A stretch of DNA of 64,000 bases. Source: Lytechinus pictus (lineage: Eukaryota). The stretch lies in the NCBI RefSeq assembly GCF_037042905.1, contig NC_087252.1:4032001-4096000 (forward strand), given 5' to 3'. The notes under the pieces are model-generated. The model searched no databases and was not told the DNA's origin. It saw only the letters and a list, made by a program, of their open reading frames with translations. Shown in pieces: positions 61,204 to 64,000 of the stretch. How positions within the stretch are numbered: position 1 is the first letter of the stretch; the number at the start of each line of letters is the position of its first letter. The translations under genes were made by a program, and so were the position numbers.

Positions 61204-63260
61204 CACAACAAAAAAAGTAAGTCCCCCCTAAATCAAATTGCTGTAACTTTTGAACGGAATTATTTTGAGATATGATATTCCGTAGGTGGTTTTCTACACT
61301 CATTAAGCAACTCCTGGGGAAAATAAGATTGATCGGTTGAGTCATGCATGAGTAATTAAAGCTTGAATTAAAAATGACCATTTTTGAAAGTCACAAGAGT
61401 CGTTTTTCAGATTGTGCATATACAATGTTGTCTTGAGGTGAATTTTATGGTGTTATGCTGTTTTACTATCCATCATTTAGCCACTCCACACACAATTTTG
61501 ATATCATAATGTTCATGGTTGAGTGAGCACAATGTATTGCAGGGGCCGCGGAAGCGGGGGGGGGGGGGGGCTGGGCGGGGAGCTTCAGTCCCCCCCCCCC
61601 CACTTTTTTTTCCAAAAGCATGTACAAAAATGTAAAAATGACCATACGATTGTGATTTTTTGCATGGCCAGCCCCCCCCCCCCACTTTGAAAACCCTTCC
61701 CCGGCTTCTGTATTGTGACGTATCATCATAGGGGTTTATGGTAGTATCCTCTACAACTTGTTAGATCATGTTAACATTTGAAAATGTTGGTGGCTCCCCC
61801 GATTATAGGCCCCTCCCCCATTTTTAAATTCTGGACCCACCACTGATTTGTCCATAGATTAAACTGATCATGAGGAATTGTTAGAAAAAGAATACATTTA
61901 TGCAGTATAAAGAGTATTCATTCCTAAGTTTTCGAATGTGCTCGCTCAACCATGAAAATGTTTAAAGTTCGGAAAGTGTGTGGTGATAGAAATGATGGAT
62001 GATAAAAACAATAGCAATTTGAAACCGAATTTGCCCCCAATATTCACTTTATTACCCTTTAAAATGAGTCTGTGACATTGAAAATACCAATTTTCCCACT
62101 TTGATGCGTGCTCACTCATCCATAAATAAACAAATCGATTTCATTTTTGCACAGAATTCTGCCCATAGGTTGATAAACATTACTACCAAATGACATTGCT
62201 AAGGACAGCCGTGAAAAAAAGTTCCACTATATTGAATAAGGGGTTACTTATTCTTAAACAGGTGCACCCATAATGTACACAAGTCTATGAGAGACGAAGT
62301 CAAAATTTTAACATATATGAAATGAGGGTTTGTTTCATGGACGGTTTTTTGTTACTTCTGCCAATAGTTATTTCATGAAACTTCGTACATGGCTTCAGAG
62401 TAACACTATCCAAAAGGCGCGCACACCAAAATAACCATTCGATACGACACAGAGTGGGGCCAAGGCCTTGAACTTTCTTCTCATTTGCATAATTTTCGAA
62501 TACTGTGTGCTCACTGATGCATTAAACATCGAGATTTTCATAAAAATCAAATCAAATGAACTATGCAAGGAGGTTTGTGACAGATATCCATAGTAACAAA
62601 TTGCATTTTTTCCAATAACGTAAAAAAGAGCTAATCGCATTCCACATGTTCATTCAAGCGTGGATATTTAATTAAACGCGTTTGAATCACTGAAGCATGT
62701 TAATTGGTCATGAACATAATGAAAAAGTTGAGAAAAGATCATTTTCAGTTCCCAAAATGAACCAATACTTGCCTATGATATTTGAAAATCGTATTTTTTT
62801 TTTTTCAATAAATGTCAATTGAACCGTGAAACAATGAATATTGTTGAAGAAATTCTTCCAAAAATAACTGTCATCATATTCTATCATTTTTATTGATATA
62901 AATGTGTAAAAAATCCAATTAGAGCAAATTTGGACTTGTGTTTATTCAACCGTGAAATTTAGCCAAACAAGTTGTATCGTCTTTTACAAGCTTTCTGACT
63001 GTTTTTTATGATGAGAATGTAAAATTAGTTCCAATAAAATGGAATCAAAGTCATGATATTTGGCTTGTGACTTTTGAAAAGTGACATTTTTGCCTTCTGA
63101 CGGTGCTCACTGAAGCGTGAAGTGAAATACGTCCATAACGTTTACTCAGAGGGTAGCTTATAAAATTACCTACACGCTCATGTAAAAATATATTAAAAAC
63201 TCACATTGGTTCGGAAATTATTGATGTTTGTTTAAGGGGGGACTTACTTTTTTTGTTGTG
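61204..63260. mobile_element. Non-autonomous Tc1/mariner-type element, ~2.06 kb, in the GAL3ST intron
   Basis: TA|CACAACAAAAAAAGTAAGTCCCCCCT ... AGGGGGGACTTACTTTTTTTGTTGTG|TA (perfect 26-bp TIR, TA TSD); no transposase ORF recognisable. Confidence 0.88.
61539..61710. mobile_element. G-run-rich MITE nested in the Tc1-like element; diverged relative at ~58576-58720
   Basis: CAGGGGCCGCGGAAG ... CTTCCCCGGCTTCTG flanked by TATTG on both sides; core catgtaca..aat(g/t)accat..gattgtg.tttt shared with 58637-58680. Confidence 0.7.
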
Positions 63261-63385
63261 TATACTATAGATGTAATTTTGGAACAGTATTACATTCTAT
63301 AATCATAAAATACTCTTCAGCACACTTTTAATTGTGTTAAATATACACTGACAGCCTCTGCCTTCTTTTTCTTCCATATTTTACT

Positions 63386-63645
63386 GATGATTTTGATAAT
63401 AGTGATGATTTTGATATTGATGATGATGATGATAATGATAGATGATGATGATGATGATGATGAAGATGAAGATGATGATGGTGATGATGATGATGATGAA
63501 TATGATGATGATAAATATGATGATGATGATATGATGAAGATGATGATGGTGAAGATGATGATGATGATGATGATAATGATAATAATGATAACGATGGTGA
63601 TGATGATGATGATGATGATGGTGATGGTGGTGACGATGATGATGA
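63386..63645. repeat. Imperfect (GAT)n microsatellite
   Basis: Directly visible. Confidence 0.95.
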
Positions 63646-63934
63646 CTCATGTATTCTAATTATGTATCAACGGTCGTTCAGAACTTCAGACTCTAAGCAT
63701 GGGCAGCATTAATTTTGGAGGCATTTTCTATCTCTCTCATCTAGAATTGTCAATCTTAATAATTATATTAATATGTAAAATTGTGATTCATCCAGATTCA
63801 TAGAAGTAACTTTAGAGTAAAAAAAATTCACGAACTAAAGACCACAAACCTTTAGGTACAATTACAGGACGACATGGGGCTACATTTTAATAAAGAAAAG
63901 AAACATATACATGTAATGCTTACACCAAACGTAC

Positions 63935-63949
63935 CTTACTGTACCGCAT
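63935..63949 (-). CDS. GAL3ST: Putative start-codon exon of the GAL3ST gene (MRYSK); exon probably 63984-63935
   Basis: Minus strand reads tttgtttctacgtag|GACTATCCC...GCAAC ATG CGG TAC AGT AAG|gtacgt. The phase 0 donor fits the phase 0 acceptor at 58352, giving MRYSKLQILLLLCTAVGF (basic tail plus TM). The main exon has an in-frame TGA upstream and no ATG before the TM. Confidence 0.7.
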
Positions 63950-64000
63950 GTTGCACTTTTGATTCGAAAACTCTCGGGATAGTCCTACGTAGAAACAAAT

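Noticed and set aside
61204..63260. Autonomous Tc1/mariner transposase gene
   Set aside because: No long ORF or DDE/DDD motif visible between the TIRs.

Overview
AT-rich, intron-rich animal genomic DNA. The repeat landscape (tRNA-derived SINEs, many MITEs, a foldback element with 15-bp subrepeats) suggests a sea urchin or other echinoderm; this is inference. Two convergent genes can be rebuilt by hand from GT-AG splice sites. (1) Plus strand: a 17-coding-exon CDON/BOC/Ihog-family Hedgehog co-receptor, ATG 27142 to TGA 47305, 3312 nt, 1103 aa. It has a signal peptide, 5 Ig domains, a Thr/Pro linker, only 2 FN3 domains, a TM helix and a cytoplasmic tail ending -ITDV. The first ~27 kb of the window is probably its 5' introns and regulatory DNA. 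(2) Minus strand: a galactose-3-O-sulfotransferase (GAL3ST family), 63949-63935 joined to 58352-57162, about 401 aa. Most notable non-genic structures: a 3.4-kb foldback/TU-like element with inverted arrays of a 15-bp G/C-skewed repeat; an intronic tandem duplication that copies a splice acceptor and could give a secreted Ig-only isoform; a triplicated splice donor; nested MITEs. No prokaryotic features or CRISPR. Most ORFs in the supplied track are spurious.
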